64,000 nucleotides of DNA from Squalus acanthias (Eukaryota), in the NCBI GenBank assembly GCA_030390025.1, contig CM059432.1, forward strand, positions 129,272,001-129,336,000, in the 5' to 3' direction. Positions 26,277 through 38,699 of the stretch are shown here, piece by piece. The translations under genes and the position numbers were made by a program. Position 1 is the stretch's first letter. Each line of letters opens with the position of its first letter. The notes under the pieces are model-generated. The model had not been told where the DNA came from. It made no database searches and saw nothing but the letters and a program-made list of their open reading frames with translations.

Positions 26277-26805
26277 AACAACAACAACTGCAACTTGTAT
26301 TTATATAGCGCCTTTAACGTAGTAAAACGTCCCAAGGTGCTGCACAGGAGTGTTATAAGACAAAAAATTTGACACCGAGCCACATAAGGATAAATTAGGG
26401 CAGGTGACCAAAAGCTTGGTCAAAGAGGTAGGTTTTAAGGAGAGTCTTAAAGGAGGAAAGAGCGGTAGAGAGGTTTAGGCAGGGAATTCCAGAGCTTAGG
26501 GCCTAGGCATCAGAAGGCAGGGCCACCAATGGTTGAGTGATTATAATCGGGGATGCTCAAGAGGGCAGAATCAGAGGAGCGCAGATATCTCGAGGGGTTG
26601 TGGGGCTGGAGGAGATTACAGAGAGAGGGAGGAGTGAGACCATGGAGGGATTTGAAAATAAGGATGAGAATTTTGAAATCGAGGCGCTGCTTAACCGGGA
26701 GCCAATGTAGGTCAGCGAGCACAGGGGAGATGGGTGAACGGGACTTGGTGCGAGTTAGGACACGGGCAGCCGAGTTTTGGATGACCTCAAGTTTACGTGG
26801 GGTAT
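26277..26805 (-). mobile_element. L2 LINE 3' end
   Basis: ORF 26510-26722 LADLHWLPVKQRLDFKILILIFKSLHGLTP, a typical L2 ORF2 C-terminus; (CAA)n tail. Confidence 0.85.
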
Positions 26806-27670
26806 AACACCTTGAGGAGTCTTGTACTACTATGGCATCCTTTATTTAACGTTAGCGGAGAGTCATCTGCCTTGTAGGCTTTTTTAACAGCAGCTTAACT
26901 TGAGCCTACCAGCTCTGCTTCCCTCTAAGCCAGTGTTGGTCTCAGACCAGTACCATGAGTAAAATTGCACTCTTACATACTGTGCAATATTCTTTTGAAA
27001 GTGCTTGTGGATTTAATCCTGAATCCTTTCATTCCTGCATGATTACATTGTTATCCATGATAATAGTATCACTTCCGTAAAAGCCCAGAAAATGAGGATC
27101 CAAAGTACTTCATTCTTTTTAAAGTAGTTTAGCCTGACACATCATGGAACACAGCCTGGATTTTCGGCTCTGCTGCCGAAGAAGTTTACAAAGGCGATAG
27201 GTCACAGTTTTCTTTTGGTTTGCAAAGCAGAAATTGCTGTTTTACGAACACCAGGGTCGATGTGGATTGATAGCAGGAATGTGCGTGAGGTGATCTTTGG
27301 AACAGAAACTTTTTGTCATTTATATCTTCAGTCATCTCAGGTTTTATATGAACATGATGCGATGGAAATTTTCAAGTAAAGACATTGCGGGCCTTGTGCT
27401 TCTACTGCTGCCTTTGACTGGGCTACACTGATACTATTACTGTGATAATGCCTTCTTCTGTCATACTATTCAGGTTGGACTGGGCTATTAGTCATGTGGA
27501 ATTTACCCTGAGGTTCTCAACTGCAGCGACGGTTAGAAACGGCAGGGTAATTGCCAGATGAGTAAAAATGGTGGAATGATACTGCCATCTATTGTCTAAC
27601 CTCCAAAACGACTTGCACAAGTGAACTTAGGTAAGCCTAAGGATCTGAGACTCTCAATAATATACACATA

Positions 27671-27934
27671 GGGCCATATTTTCCAATCGGAGGCTTCCCG
27701 CGTGCGGAGGCCTCCGATCTGGAAAAAATCTACGCACTTACCCAGAGGGCTCCCGAGGTCCGGACACTTCCGTTCCTGGGCCTCTCCAACTCGAAATGTG
27801 CAGGGCCCACGTATCCCAGAGGCGCATGCGGTTCGCATTCTTGGCACTTGGCATGCCTGAAACCGGCATTTCCGATGTCCCTACGGGTGTGTACACAGCG
27901 CGTACACACCCGTAGGGATCGGAATATCTGGCCC
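27671..27934. mobile_element. Harbinger-like MITE
   Basis: TIRs GGGCCATATTTTCCAATC / GATCGGAATATCTGGCCC; flanks ATA/ATT. Confidence 0.7.
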
Positions 27935-28160
27935 ATTAAAAAATAAAATATGCAGGATGTGATATTCTTTTATAACATGCAGTGAAATAAACTCCTGGAA
28001 CACTTGGTGCAACAACATTTCTGTTTAAATCATAAGACCCAGCATAGCTAAGGAGTTGCTTATTTTATTTCAAAAAGTTATTTTGAGGCAACCTAATTGT
28101 CAAGATTATAAAGGGAATTGGCAAAATAAATCAAAGCAAGCTGTTCACTGTGGTGAAGGA

Positions 28161-28270
28161 TTTCCTACATTACAACAGTGACTACACTTCAAAAGTACTT
28201 CATTGGCTGTGAAGCGCTTTGGGACGTCCTGAGGTCATGAAAGGCACTGTATAAATGCAAGTCTATCTTA
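28161..28270 (+). mobile_element. SacSINE1-like 3' tail
   Basis: TTTCCTACATTACAACAG...AAATGCAAGTC. Confidence 0.8.
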
Positions 28271-28628
28271 CTTTTTTTTATTAGAATACCAAGGGGCACA
28301 ATTTATTTCTGTGAAGTGATTGCAAAAGGCTTCATTTTCCAACGTGACATGTAACTTAGTCAAAAATGAAATAAAAGCTTCTCACAAATTCTACCTGCAT
28401 TTGTTAAATTGAATAAACTTGTTGGTGTAATATTCCAAGGCCAGTAACACAGCTGTTGGTTCAGATGATAATAAACTACTTCCACATCACTCTTGAGGCT
28501 TATGATGCCATCAGAACCTTTCAATGTGATCTCCGCAGGAGAGGGTCTCACTGATGTCAGCCACAATCTTATCAATCTTTTTCTTTTTCACTTTCTTTAT
28601 ACTTCATGGTAACCAATTCTGTTTCTAT

Positions 28629-30051
28629 GGCCCCTGTTTTAATTCCCCCCCGCCCACCAAATGGAAACCAGGTGGAGATGGGGGGAGGGGCAGTTAAAAC
28701 GGAGTGGGGGACTTGCCCAGTGATTTCCTGCACCAATTTGACTGACTGTAATTTTAAATTGCAGACAGCAAGGACACCCGCCCTAAGCCGGCAATGTCGT
28801 CTGTAACTATGCAGATCAGGCTCGTATTACACAATCGAGGCCCACTCTGCTATTTTAACTGGAGGCCTGAGCGGGTAACAGTGACAGCTTCCCCGCCAGG
28901 CCGAACCTGCTGGGAGCTGCATCGAGGGTCAGTAAAGTGAGTTTTTATTAATAGTTTTGAAGTTTCCTGGTGGACCACTCCTCTGGGACCCACTGTGGGA
29001 CGTGTGGAATTAACCCTCGCCCCGTCCAACAGGTTATAGAGTTTGGACTTGAGACTTATGAGAAATTACACCGGACACACGGTTTCTGTCCTTAACCTTT
29101 TCTTGTTCCTAAGACAGATTCAAAACCCCAACCACTATTCGAGCAGTTCCCCAATAATGTTACAGGAAATCATACATACAACCACCCGCTGATGATCAGT
29201 CCAGCATTGATTGTAGGTCACTTCCTTTCGACTGCAGTAGTTCTTCGAGTTGAGATGATCAGCCAGGCTCCTCCTTCCGACTGCAGTGCCGATATTTTTA
29301 GTCACTGATTTTTTAAACAGTTTTCCTCGCCTTTTTCAGTAAATCAATCATTCAGAGATTGTGAGATGCTCCTTTAATGTTCGACCTAAGTTGTTTGAGC
29401 TGTCAAACTTTCACACTCACACATCCTGTGTGGTTACCCGTTCATTCATTCATTCATAAAAGTTTACAGAAGTGGCAGTAAACCACTTGGTCACATTTCA
29501 CGTGTTACGTTGCATCCTGTATTTCAGAACGCCAAAGGTTTGACTCCTCCCCTTTAGCCACCAAAAGTCGTTCTACAACCTTGTGGCCTGTTTTGTTGTA
29601 GACACGAAGTCTGCAAATCTAAGGGGGTTTGTTTATCTCTGTTGTCTATGACGACTCCCTGCAGTCACAATCATGTTTGCTGCCTTTTAGTAAAGCACAT
29701 CAAAGCATATTCCATGTCCACTTATCAGTGAAAGACAGTCTGTTCATTCACCAACTTTATTTCACTTCGAATAAACCTTTTGGCCTGGCAAAGCATTTTA
29801 ATATAAATTAAAAATTAAGGGTCTGTGTATACTTACACCATGAGGAAACCTTGTGCATCCCTTGTCACGGGGTTCCTCCTCCCCCCACCCGCCGATCACC
29901 CCCACCACTTACCTGACTGCCAGGCCTTCTGTCGTCTGAACTGTTTCTTCTGCCTGCCGGCCAGGCAGTGATTCCCCCCGGATTCGGAGCTTGTTGCTTG
30001 CCCAGGCCCCTCGCACAATGAACTATTCCGTCCCGCCATAAAATCAGGGCC
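28629..30051. mobile_element. Harbinger-like non-autonomous element interrupted by an LTR-like insert
   Basis: Ends GGCCCCTGTTTTA / TAAAATCAGGGCC; GC-rich arms on both sides of 28994-29837; flanks do not match (TAT/ACT). Confidence 0.45.
28994..29837. mobile_element. Possible solo LTR
   Basis: TG...CA termini with near-TSD CCAC/CCAT; composition differs from the GC-rich flanks; no ORF. Confidence 0.4.
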
Positions 30052-30280
30052 ACTGTGTTTATAAAGCTTAGCGAGGTGATAAGTCACCAATAAAAACTGC
30101 TGCGTACCCTGGCCAGTAGTTAATGTGGGTCAGAATACTCCACAACGGTGCTCTGACTCTCAAGGACTGAAATTCCTCGATACCACTCCACTGCTGTAAG
30201 TGCCGTGGAACGGAAATCCCACTCCGGCAGAGACCTGCACTCTTGGCTTCAGTCAGAGTATCTGTGATCGAGACGGGAGT

Positions 30281-30665
30281 TACATAGGAATTGCTAAACG
30301 GAAAGAGACCAAGGTCCACCTAGTTCGCCTTCTACCAACTTGATAGTCACATGATACAATGATAATGGAGTTGTTGACTAATTATAGTAATCAATCTCTA
30401 TTAATTAGTCTACAACAGACCCAGCAATGATGCGAGGAAGACCCCAGCAGTGGATAACTTTGGGAATCATAGGTCCAAAGTCACCTTTCTCCCCCCAAGC
30501 ATGCTACCCTTACCACAAGTCATGTCTCAAATTATTCATATACTGTATCCCAAAATGTTACTTTCTGAAAGAAAGCTCTCTAATTTGCATTTGAATGAAT
30601 CATTACTAAGTGCTTCCACCGTCTCCCTCGGGAGTCTGTTCCACAGATTGACCACTCGCTCACTT
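30281..30665 (-). mobile_element. CR1-like 3' end (distinct subfamily)
   Basis: ACATAGGAATTGC...GACCAAGGTCCACCTAGTTCGCC tail and CTGTTCCACAGATTGACCACTCG (RVVNLWNRLP on the minus strand). Confidence 0.6.
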
Positions 30666-31280
30666 TAACTAAACTGGGAGGGTGCCCGTGCCAGTGTGGC
30701 TGTGTATCTTGGGCACTTTCTAGAAGAGAGCTTGAGGCACGAGATATGGCGTCTGACTGCCGCGGTGCAGAGAGGCCGGCACAACCGGCTGAAAATTGCC
30801 AGAACGGTGGAAATCAGCTCTCTTAATAAGCGGGGTTTCTATTGAGGCTCCTCTTTTGTGATTTGTCTCTTCTTTGTCAGATGTTAAAAGCACAGGGAAG
30901 AAGAAACAAGATAAAAAGGAAAAAATCCAAATACAGGAAATCTGAAATAACAGCAGAAAATGCTATCAACACACAGCAGGCCAATCAGAAAGGAGAAAGG
31001 ACAGGCCAACATCTTGGGTGGGAATGATAACAGCACAAGCATTATACAGCAGGTCTCCAGTAGATTTCACACAATGAAACAGAACTAAGTTGGTAGAACA
31101 CGTCATGGGTTAACATTTCAGGTCGAGTGTTCCATCAGGCAGAGAAGTGGTTATCTCTGAGCATGAAGGGGCAGAATAACATAGAAAAGGGATTAGACAA
31201 CAAATAATTAAAACATTATTGCTCATGGGTATTGACAGTTGTCTCACTGTGGAATGTGAGACAGACCTCCAAGAAGCATT

Positions 31281-33029
31281 GGCCGGAATTTTCCGGGGGG
31301 TCAGTGGGCAGGATTGGTGGCGGGTCGGGCGGGAAATTTGATATTTTTGACAGCGGGTTGGGAACCTTTCCCGATGTCGGGTCTGTCAGCGCTGAGCAGA
31401 CCCGACAGGCAGCGGCGGGCGACCCAATTCAGGTAATTAGTGGCTTGTTTAGAGCCACTTAAGAATAATTTTCAGCTCACCTTTTGCATTTGACAGCTCG
31501 CCCACAGGGTTCACGCTGGTCGTGGACCAGGTCTGTCAAGCTGAGGCGAGAGTTCAGTGGCCATTGAATCAGCTGATGAGTTGACAGCTTCAAATGTACA
31601 GTAAAAGCTCCCACCTTACAGAGATATCTTCCCTCAGCCACAAGCTCTTCTTCACAGCATTTCCACAATAGATTTACCATGCTGTAAGTCTTTACACAAC
31701 TTCCATCCAATCTGACCTCATTACCTCTCCCACCATTGACAGATCGCTTCTGTCATCTCTACTTCACCTGCCATCTATTTCATCAGCTTGGGTGCCCTTT
31801 AAACTCTCTCACCTTGGTCCTCAGAATCCCACCACGATCAGCCCCAACTCCAGCAGCACCAGGCACACCAGCAGCACCAACAACAACACCAACCTTCTCC
31901 GCAATCACCTGATGCTGCACAGGACAGAGGGCATCAGCACCCGACCACATTGTTGCCCGGGAGGCCAGGGATGGCCTCACCATGGCCAGATTTACTTCAC
32001 TTGATGCAGTACACCCTGGCTGCCACATGATGCATCAGGTTGGCACCACCCCACACCAACACCATAAAGCATCCCTACAATGCCCAAGCCACTCCTTTCA
32101 TACTCATCACCATTGCGGGGGATACCGTTATGTCTCACCATTCACTGCAACTCACTAAGCCACTTCCAAAGGTGCACACAAATCTGTCCAAGAACGCAAA
32201 GTGTTGAAAATAAAGGTTTCAATGTTTGACAGCACATTAACAGAAACATTACAAGAACATTGCATAAAACATCCAAGTGCCTACCCTTGTGTGTTGTTAG
32301 TTGGTATGATTGCACTAGGATGAGGCTGAGTGTGAGGGGTGGCTCGTGAGATGGAGATGTGATAATGTAGATAGATAGAGAGGGATGGGTGGAGGTGCAA
32401 GATAAGTTGGTGTGAGTAAGGATGTGCAGGAGTAGGGTAGGGAAGGCAGAGTGATGGGAATGTGATGAGAGGCACAGCAGGATAAGGTTGAGTGTGGCTT
32501 TGTACTAATGTTTTGTGATCTACTGAGATCATTGAAACGTTTGTGGCACTGCAGCCTGGTCCTCCTGACCACATCCCTGTTTGTGTTCTCCTCTGCAATG
32601 TGTAACCAGGCTGTGTTTATCTCCGAGGGAGGTCTCGTCCGTCCATGGGAAGGGGAGAGAACCTCCCTGTGTGCTGTGACTCCCTCCATAAGCATATGGA
32701 GGGAGTCATGGGAGAGCCTGGGTGCAGCCCTGTGCCTTTGCGCAGTGCTTGTCAGTGTTTGCAGCACCTCAATGCTGCAGAACACTGACAGCACAAATGT
32801 CAAAATAAATTTGGCCATGGTCCCTTCAAGGAAACCGGCTGATGATGTGTCATCAAATGATGTCACCAGACCCGCTTCCTCTAATTGGCTGGGAAACGCG
32901 CTGGGCGGGCTTAACAAGCCCAATCAAGGGAAATTCATTTCACAGAGCGGGATGGAGCCAGCAGCGGGGTCGTGAGCCGCCATTGACATCACCTGCAACG
33001 GACACGCCGAGGTGGGAAAAATCCTGGCC
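31281..33029. mobile_element. Internally deleted Harbinger-like transposon with Myb/SANT-like remnant
   Basis: TIRs GGCCGGAATTTTCC / GGAAAAATCCTGGCC; exact TSD ATT (31278-80, 33030-32); minus-strand RAAPRLSHDSLHMLMEGV...AWLHIAEE...RTRLQCHKRFNDL; plus-strand transposase-like C-terminus AREARDGLTMARF and AATAAA at ~32209. Confidence 0.8.
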
Positions 33030-33361
33030 ATTGTCTATCTTCTGCCCATTAAACGGTGCCCCCATATGTGGAAATTAATGGCCAGTGGCATTAACCACAA
33101 GAGCTATTTATAAAAAAAAATATGAAGGAATAGACATGGATTGAGAATTAAGCAACCATAAGGGATATTTCCTCACTGATCTGATCTAATAAGATAATCC
33201 TCTCAGTGAATCATTTTTCTGGCACCCCAGCAGTGAAAACTTGTTCATCTATTGATGCTGACATTCTTTCAGCATGGTTCATTCGTGAAGCTGTCAGCTA
33301 TCGGCACAGGCATGGCCACAGCAGGCCTCGACTGGTCTTTACACGGTGAAGCAGAACTAAA

Positions 33362-34091
33362 ACAGAAGCAAAATACTGCCGATGCCGGCCATCCACTTTA
33401 GATCTAAGGACGATAGATCAGAATATTTTCTAAAGGGTGAGAAGGTTGGGCCTGTGGAGGAGCAAAGAGCTTTAGGGGTCCATGTACAGAAATCACTATA
33501 AGCTAGTTGACAGGTACAAAAAATAATTAAAAAGGCTAATGGAATGTAGGCCTTTATCTCAAGGGGGCTGGAATACAAAGGGATGGAAGTTATGTTACAG
33601 TTATATAAAGCTCCCTCTGGCGGGGGAGTCCAGAACAAGGTAGCATAACCTTAAAATTAGAGCTAGGTCGTTCAAGGGGTGATATCAGGAAGCATTTCAT
33701 CTCACAAAGGTTAGTGGAAATCTGGGACTCTCTCCCCTAAAAGCTGTTGAGGCTAGGTCAATTGAAAATTTCAAGACTGAGATTGCTAGATTTTTGTTAG
33801 GCAAGGGTCTTAAGGGTTACGGAACCAACGTGGGTAAATGGAGTTAAGATACAGATCAGCCATGGTCTAATTGAATGGCTCGAGGGGCTGAATGGCCTAC
33901 TCCTGTTCCTATGTTCCTAAATCTGCAATAAAAAATAGAAAATGCTGGGAACATTCATCAGGTCAGGCAGCATCTGTGGAGAGAGAAACAAAGTGGCCTT
34001 TCATCAACAACCTGAAACGTTAACTCGGTTTCCCTCTCCACAGATGCTGCCTGACCTGCTGAGTATTTCCAGCATTTTCTGTTTTTATTTT
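33362..34091. mobile_element. Inverted pair of Penelope-like terminal repeats, interrupted by a CR1
   Basis: 15-bp direct repeat TGAAGCAGAACTAAA at 33347-33361 and 34092-34106; arms ~33925-33990 and ~34025-34090 are inverted copies matching 54195-54300. Confidence 0.75.
33386..33918 (+). mobile_element. CR1/HER-like LINE 3' fragment
   Basis: ALGVHVQKS...KKANGM...SRTRxHNLKIR; tail GGGCTGAATGGCCTACTCCTGTTCCTATGTTCCTA. Confidence 0.85.
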
Positions 34092-34145
34092 TGAAGCAGA
34101 ACTAAACATCCTTTGCAGCCCGATCGATCTATCTATCTGTCTATC

Positions 34146-35225
34146 ATAAGAACATAAGAATTAGGAGCAGGAGAAGACCATACAGCCCTTCGAGCCTGCT
34201 CCGCCATTCAATAAGATCATGGCTGATCTTCGACCTCAACTCCACTTTCCTGCCCGATCCCCATATCCCTTGATTCCCCTAGAGTCCAAAAATCTATCGA
34301 TCTCAGCCCTTGAATATATTCAATAATTCAGCATCCACAGCCCTTTGGGGTAGAGAATTCCAAAGATTCACAATCCTCTGAGTGAAGAAATTCCTCCTCA
34401 TCTCAGGCTTAAATGGCCAACCCCTTATCCTGAGACTATACCCCCTAGTTCTAGACTCTCCAGCCAGGGGAAAAAACCTCTCAGCATCTACCCTGTCAAT
34501 CCCCCTCAGAATCTTATAACGTTTCAATAAAATCACCTCTCATTCTTCTAAAGTATAGGCCCAATCTACTCAATCGCTCCTCATAGGACAACCTCTCATC
34601 CCAGGAATCAATCTAGTGAACCTTTGTTGCACCACCTCTAAGGCAAGTATATCCTTCCTTAGATAAGGAGACCAAAACTGTGCACAGTACTCCAGGTGCA
34701 GTCGCACCAAAGCCCTGTTCAACTGTAGTAAGACTTCCTTACTCTTGTACTCCAACCCCTTGCAATAAAGGCCAACATGCCATTTGCCTTCCTAATTGCT
34801 TGCTGTACCTGCACGCTAACTCTGTGCTTCCTGTACGAGGATACCTAAATCTCTCTGAACACCAACACTTAATAGTTTCTCACCATTTAAAAAATATTCT
34901 GTTTTTTTATTCTCCCTACTAAAGTGAATAACCTCACATTTCCTCACATTATTAACCTGTCTATATCCCTTTGCAGGCTCTTTGTGTCCTCTTCACAGCT
35001 CACTTTCCTACCTAGCTTTGTATCATCAGCAAACTTGGATACATTGTACTCGGTACCTTCATTAATATAGATTGTAAATAGCTAAGGCCCAAGCACTGAT
35101 CCTTGCGGCAATCCACTAGTTACAGCCTGCCAACCGGAAAATAACCTGTTTATCCCTACTCTCTGTTTTCTGTCTGTTAACCAATCCTCTATCCATGCTA
35201 ATATATTACCCCCAACCCCATGAGC
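34146..35225 (-). mobile_element. CR1/HER-like LINE 3' portion
   Basis: ORFs LVRLHLEYCAQFWSPYLRKDI and SRTRGYSLRIRG...FFTQRIVNLWNSLP; (CATAAGAA)n tail. Confidence 0.9.
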
Positions 35226-35228
35226 CCT

Positions 35229-35301
35229 ATCTATCTATTGATCTCTCTCTGTCTGTCTGTCTGTCTATCTATCTGTCTACCTGTCTGTCTATCTATGTCT
35301 C

Positions 35302-35337
<36 letters not shown>

Positions 35338-35387
35338 TCTATCTAGCTACCTATCTGTCTGTCTACCTGTCTGTCTGTCTGTCTATC
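35229..35387 (+). repeat. Compound (TCTA)n/(TCTG)n microsatellite
   Basis: Directly visible tetranucleotide repeats. Confidence 0.9.
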
Positions 35388-36730
35388 TTTCCCCTGATTG
35401 CCCAGTGCGTTGGGCCAGAGTTGTGAGCTACAACCTGTTAGTGGGCCCCATGTAATTAAATTGTGTTTGAGTCAAACAAAACCATGATTAAACACCACGT
35501 CTAGCTTTTAATCTATTTTGTGCTTCTTGCAATCCTGGGAAAGTGCCCTTTCCACCTCCTTTACTTCCGTCTCTCGATAATAGGAAGAAAATTAGCAGGA
35601 AAAATTACAACCTAAATCATATCTCTATGGATTATGAGGTGAAATGTTCAGATTTTCTCTGTATAATTTCTTATAATAAACAGCCATTTTCAGGTTGCCT
35701 GAAACATGCTTTTCTAGTTAACCACTGGTCTTCATTTACCTCCAGCGGGAGTATTACTAGAGTCATTAAAACGCTCAAGTAACAGGCCAGGAGTTGTATT
35801 CCGTGGGATGGCAATGCATTTTTCAGGGTAAATGCAGATAGCAGATTTTATTGAGAAATGTAATTATGATATTCTTCACATTCTGCATGTTAATGTACTG
35901 CCAAGGGTAAGTTAAGCCACCTAATTTTAAATTAAATTAAATTATGCTAATTTACCACATTAATAACCATAAATGAGCCACTTAACCTTTGCTAATGAGT
36001 ACAGCAAACAGATGGAAAAGTGCAGGAATCGCTTCTAAACCCAAAGTTACATAAATAAGTGCCGTGCGTCATACAGAAAGCAGTGCACTTGTTAATTTAG
36101 ATATAAAAAGCCATTTTATTAAAATAAATGATCTTGGAGCTCTCTATAAACCACCAAAACCTTCTGGTTGCTGAAGTGGCTGAGCTTAGGTAACCCAAAC
36201 AATAGACACCGAGGAATGCAAAGAAAAAGTGTGAATTAATTAACTTTGTATTAAGTCTTTAATGTAGCTAATATCCACTGAAATGACTTGTGCAAATAAA
36301 ACGCTTGAAGTGGAGGGGATTGGAGGTTACACTGAATTTTCAACTTTGTCACCTGAGCAGTAAGTTGGCAGAGTGGATCGCCCGCCCTTGTAGAATCCGT
36401 TGGTTTTCATCCCATTGGAATCTGCCAGGTTACCACGCAGACAGCCAAGCTGAGTATTGCCCCCATTGTCTTTTCCCCTCCAGAAAACTAGGTTTGAATG
36501 CAGCAGACTGAGGGCAGGAAAATCTCCATTCTCTGTTGGCCGCAAGGATCCTAGGTGACCTCAACCTCTAATTCCTCATGGGCATAAGACCAGATCTGTA
36601 CATAATTCAGCAATTTATTTCAAATACTTAATGTTAAAGGGGTTTGGGTACCACAGCTAATAACGTGTTGTTCTTTCACCGATGCCACCCGGGTAGAACT
36701 CCAACTCCGACAAATGAGCTGGAACTCTTA

Positions 36731-37607
36731 GGCTGGAATTTTGCCGGTCCTCAGAGTGCGGGATTGGAGGCGGGACCGCTGTCAAAATCACAAAGATTGA
36801 CAGTGGGCAGGAAACCTGCTGTCAACCCGCCTCCAATCACTCTTCCCAAGTGTCGGGTCCCCGATTTGCGCATGGACCTGACACCTAGCGGCGGGAAGAG
36901 GATTATAACCACTTACTTGGATGTTAACAGGTACTTGATACTTGTTAACAGGCTCTTTTTCAATTTTGCCGCTTCTGCCTCGGGTTTCCCGATGCCCGGA
37001 CACCACGCCAGGTAAGTGTGGCGTGTTCTGAGTCTGCTGTAATGTTTCTGCATTGATGACAGCTGCAGAAGTGTTGCGAAGGATCCAATGGTGCGCTGGT
37101 GAGTTTCAGAGGTAAGAAAATGTTGGGAAAATCATTTTTAATGCATTTACACTTTTCTGTAGGTAACAGGTTTTGAATTGGCTGTCGAGTCCCACCTCAT
37201 TGGGAGAACCTCTCTCACCAGTGTCAGATCGCTTCTGTAACCTCACCTGCAGCTGCCATCTGTTCTAGCCTAAGGAGGGAGTCACTGGAGAGCCTGGGTG
37301 CAAGAGCTCACCTGTGAACAGTCATTGTCAGTGTTTGCAGCACCTCAATGCTGTCAAACACTGAGACATGAGATGTCAAAGAAAAATTGTGCGTGGTCCT
37401 TTTTCTGAAAACCGGCAGATGACGCATCATCAAATGACGTCACCTGACCGGCTTCTTCTTAATTGGCCGGCAAGCCCGCAGGGCGGGCTTAACAAGGCCA
37501 ATCGGCGTAAAATCACGTCCGTTGGCCGGATGCAGTTGGGGGCGGGACTGGAACCCGGAAACCAGCTGACCCGCTCGCAAGCCGCATCCAGTTGCAAAAT
37601 CACGGCC
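36731..37607. mobile_element. Harbinger-like deletion derivative related to 31281-33029
   Basis: TIRs GGCTGGAATTTTGC / GCAAAATCACGGCC; shares CAGATCGCTTCTGT and GGAGAGCCTGGGTGCA...GTCAGTGTTTGCAGCACCTCAATGCTG with 31740 and 32710-32780. Confidence 0.75.
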
Positions 37608-37856
37608 ATTGTGTTTTCTGAGGCACAGACTAACTCTATCTGGCACCTTACACAAGGAAGGTTAAAGTTCGCATGGGTAACTAAATTTTCTGTAATGGAT
37701 TTTCAGGTTAAAACCATTTAGGCAGGAGTACACACAGTATGTATGAGGGGAATTTTAACCCCAAAAAACGGGTGGGTTGGGTTCGGGTGGGAGGTTACAG
37801 AGTTAAAAATCTGAATCCCGACTCCAACCCGCCCACTTCCGGTTTTAACGGAGGCA

Positions 37857-38287
37857 GGACGGGGGGTGGGACGGGGGGTGGGGGGTGGGGTGGGGTGGGG
37901 GGTGGGACGGGTGGTGGGGTGGGGGCTGGGGTGGGGGGTGGGACGGGTGGTGGGGTGGGGGGTGGGGTGGGGGGTGGGATGGGGGGTGGGACGGGGGGTG
38001 GGACGGGTGGTGGGACGGGGGGTGGGGTGGGGGGTGGGGTGGGGGTGGGACGGGGGGTGGGGTGGGGGGTGGGACGGGGGTGGGACGGGTGGTGGGACGG
38101 GGAGTGGGACGGGGAGTGGGGTGGGGGTGGGGTGGGGGTGGGGTGGGGGGTGGGACGGGGGGTGGGACGGGGGGTGGGACGGGGAGTGGGACGGGGAGTG
38201 GGGCGGGGGCTGGGACGGGTGGTGGGACGGGGAGTGGGACGGGGAGTGGGGCGGGGGCTGGGACGGGTGGTGGGACGGGGATTGGGG
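37857..38287 (+). repeat. G-rich ~12-bp minisatellite (GGGGTGGGACGG variants)
   Basis: About 430 bp of G3+ runs separated by 1-3 nt; the G/W/P-rich ORFs over it are artefacts. Confidence 0.9.
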
Positions 38288-38699
38288 CAGGCAGCCTACC
38301 CGCTTGCAGGAGGCGGGTTGGCACTTTAAATATTAGAATGAGGCTGTGTGCCTAATTTTGAAGCTCCATTTTAAATTTAACCCTGGCCTCGGGGAACCCG
38401 ACAGATAAAGGAAGGTGAGGATTGCTGAATCCAGGAGGTAAGTGCCTTTCCACTTACCTGCTGGATCCAGAGTACCTGCCTTGCTAAATCCCCATGATCA
38501 CACCCCCCGACCTCCCCCCTCCCCCGCCGAGGACACTGCCCACCCCCCCAACAAGGCCTCTGGCCTCCGATCCCCCTCCAGCCTTCGATCCCCCCACCCC
38601 CAGCCTCCAATTCCCCTCTCCGGCCTTCGATCCTTGACCTCTGGCCCCCGCCCCAGCCTCCGAATCGCCCTCTGGCCTTCAATCCCCGGCCCCCTCCAA

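Noticed and set aside
35195..35455. Hydrophobic LSIY/LSVC ORFs
   Set aside because: Translation of a TCTA/TCTG microsatellite.
37739..38355. Gly/Trp/Pro-rich ORFs of 156-196 aa
   Set aside because: Products of the stop-free G-rich minisatellite in all frames.
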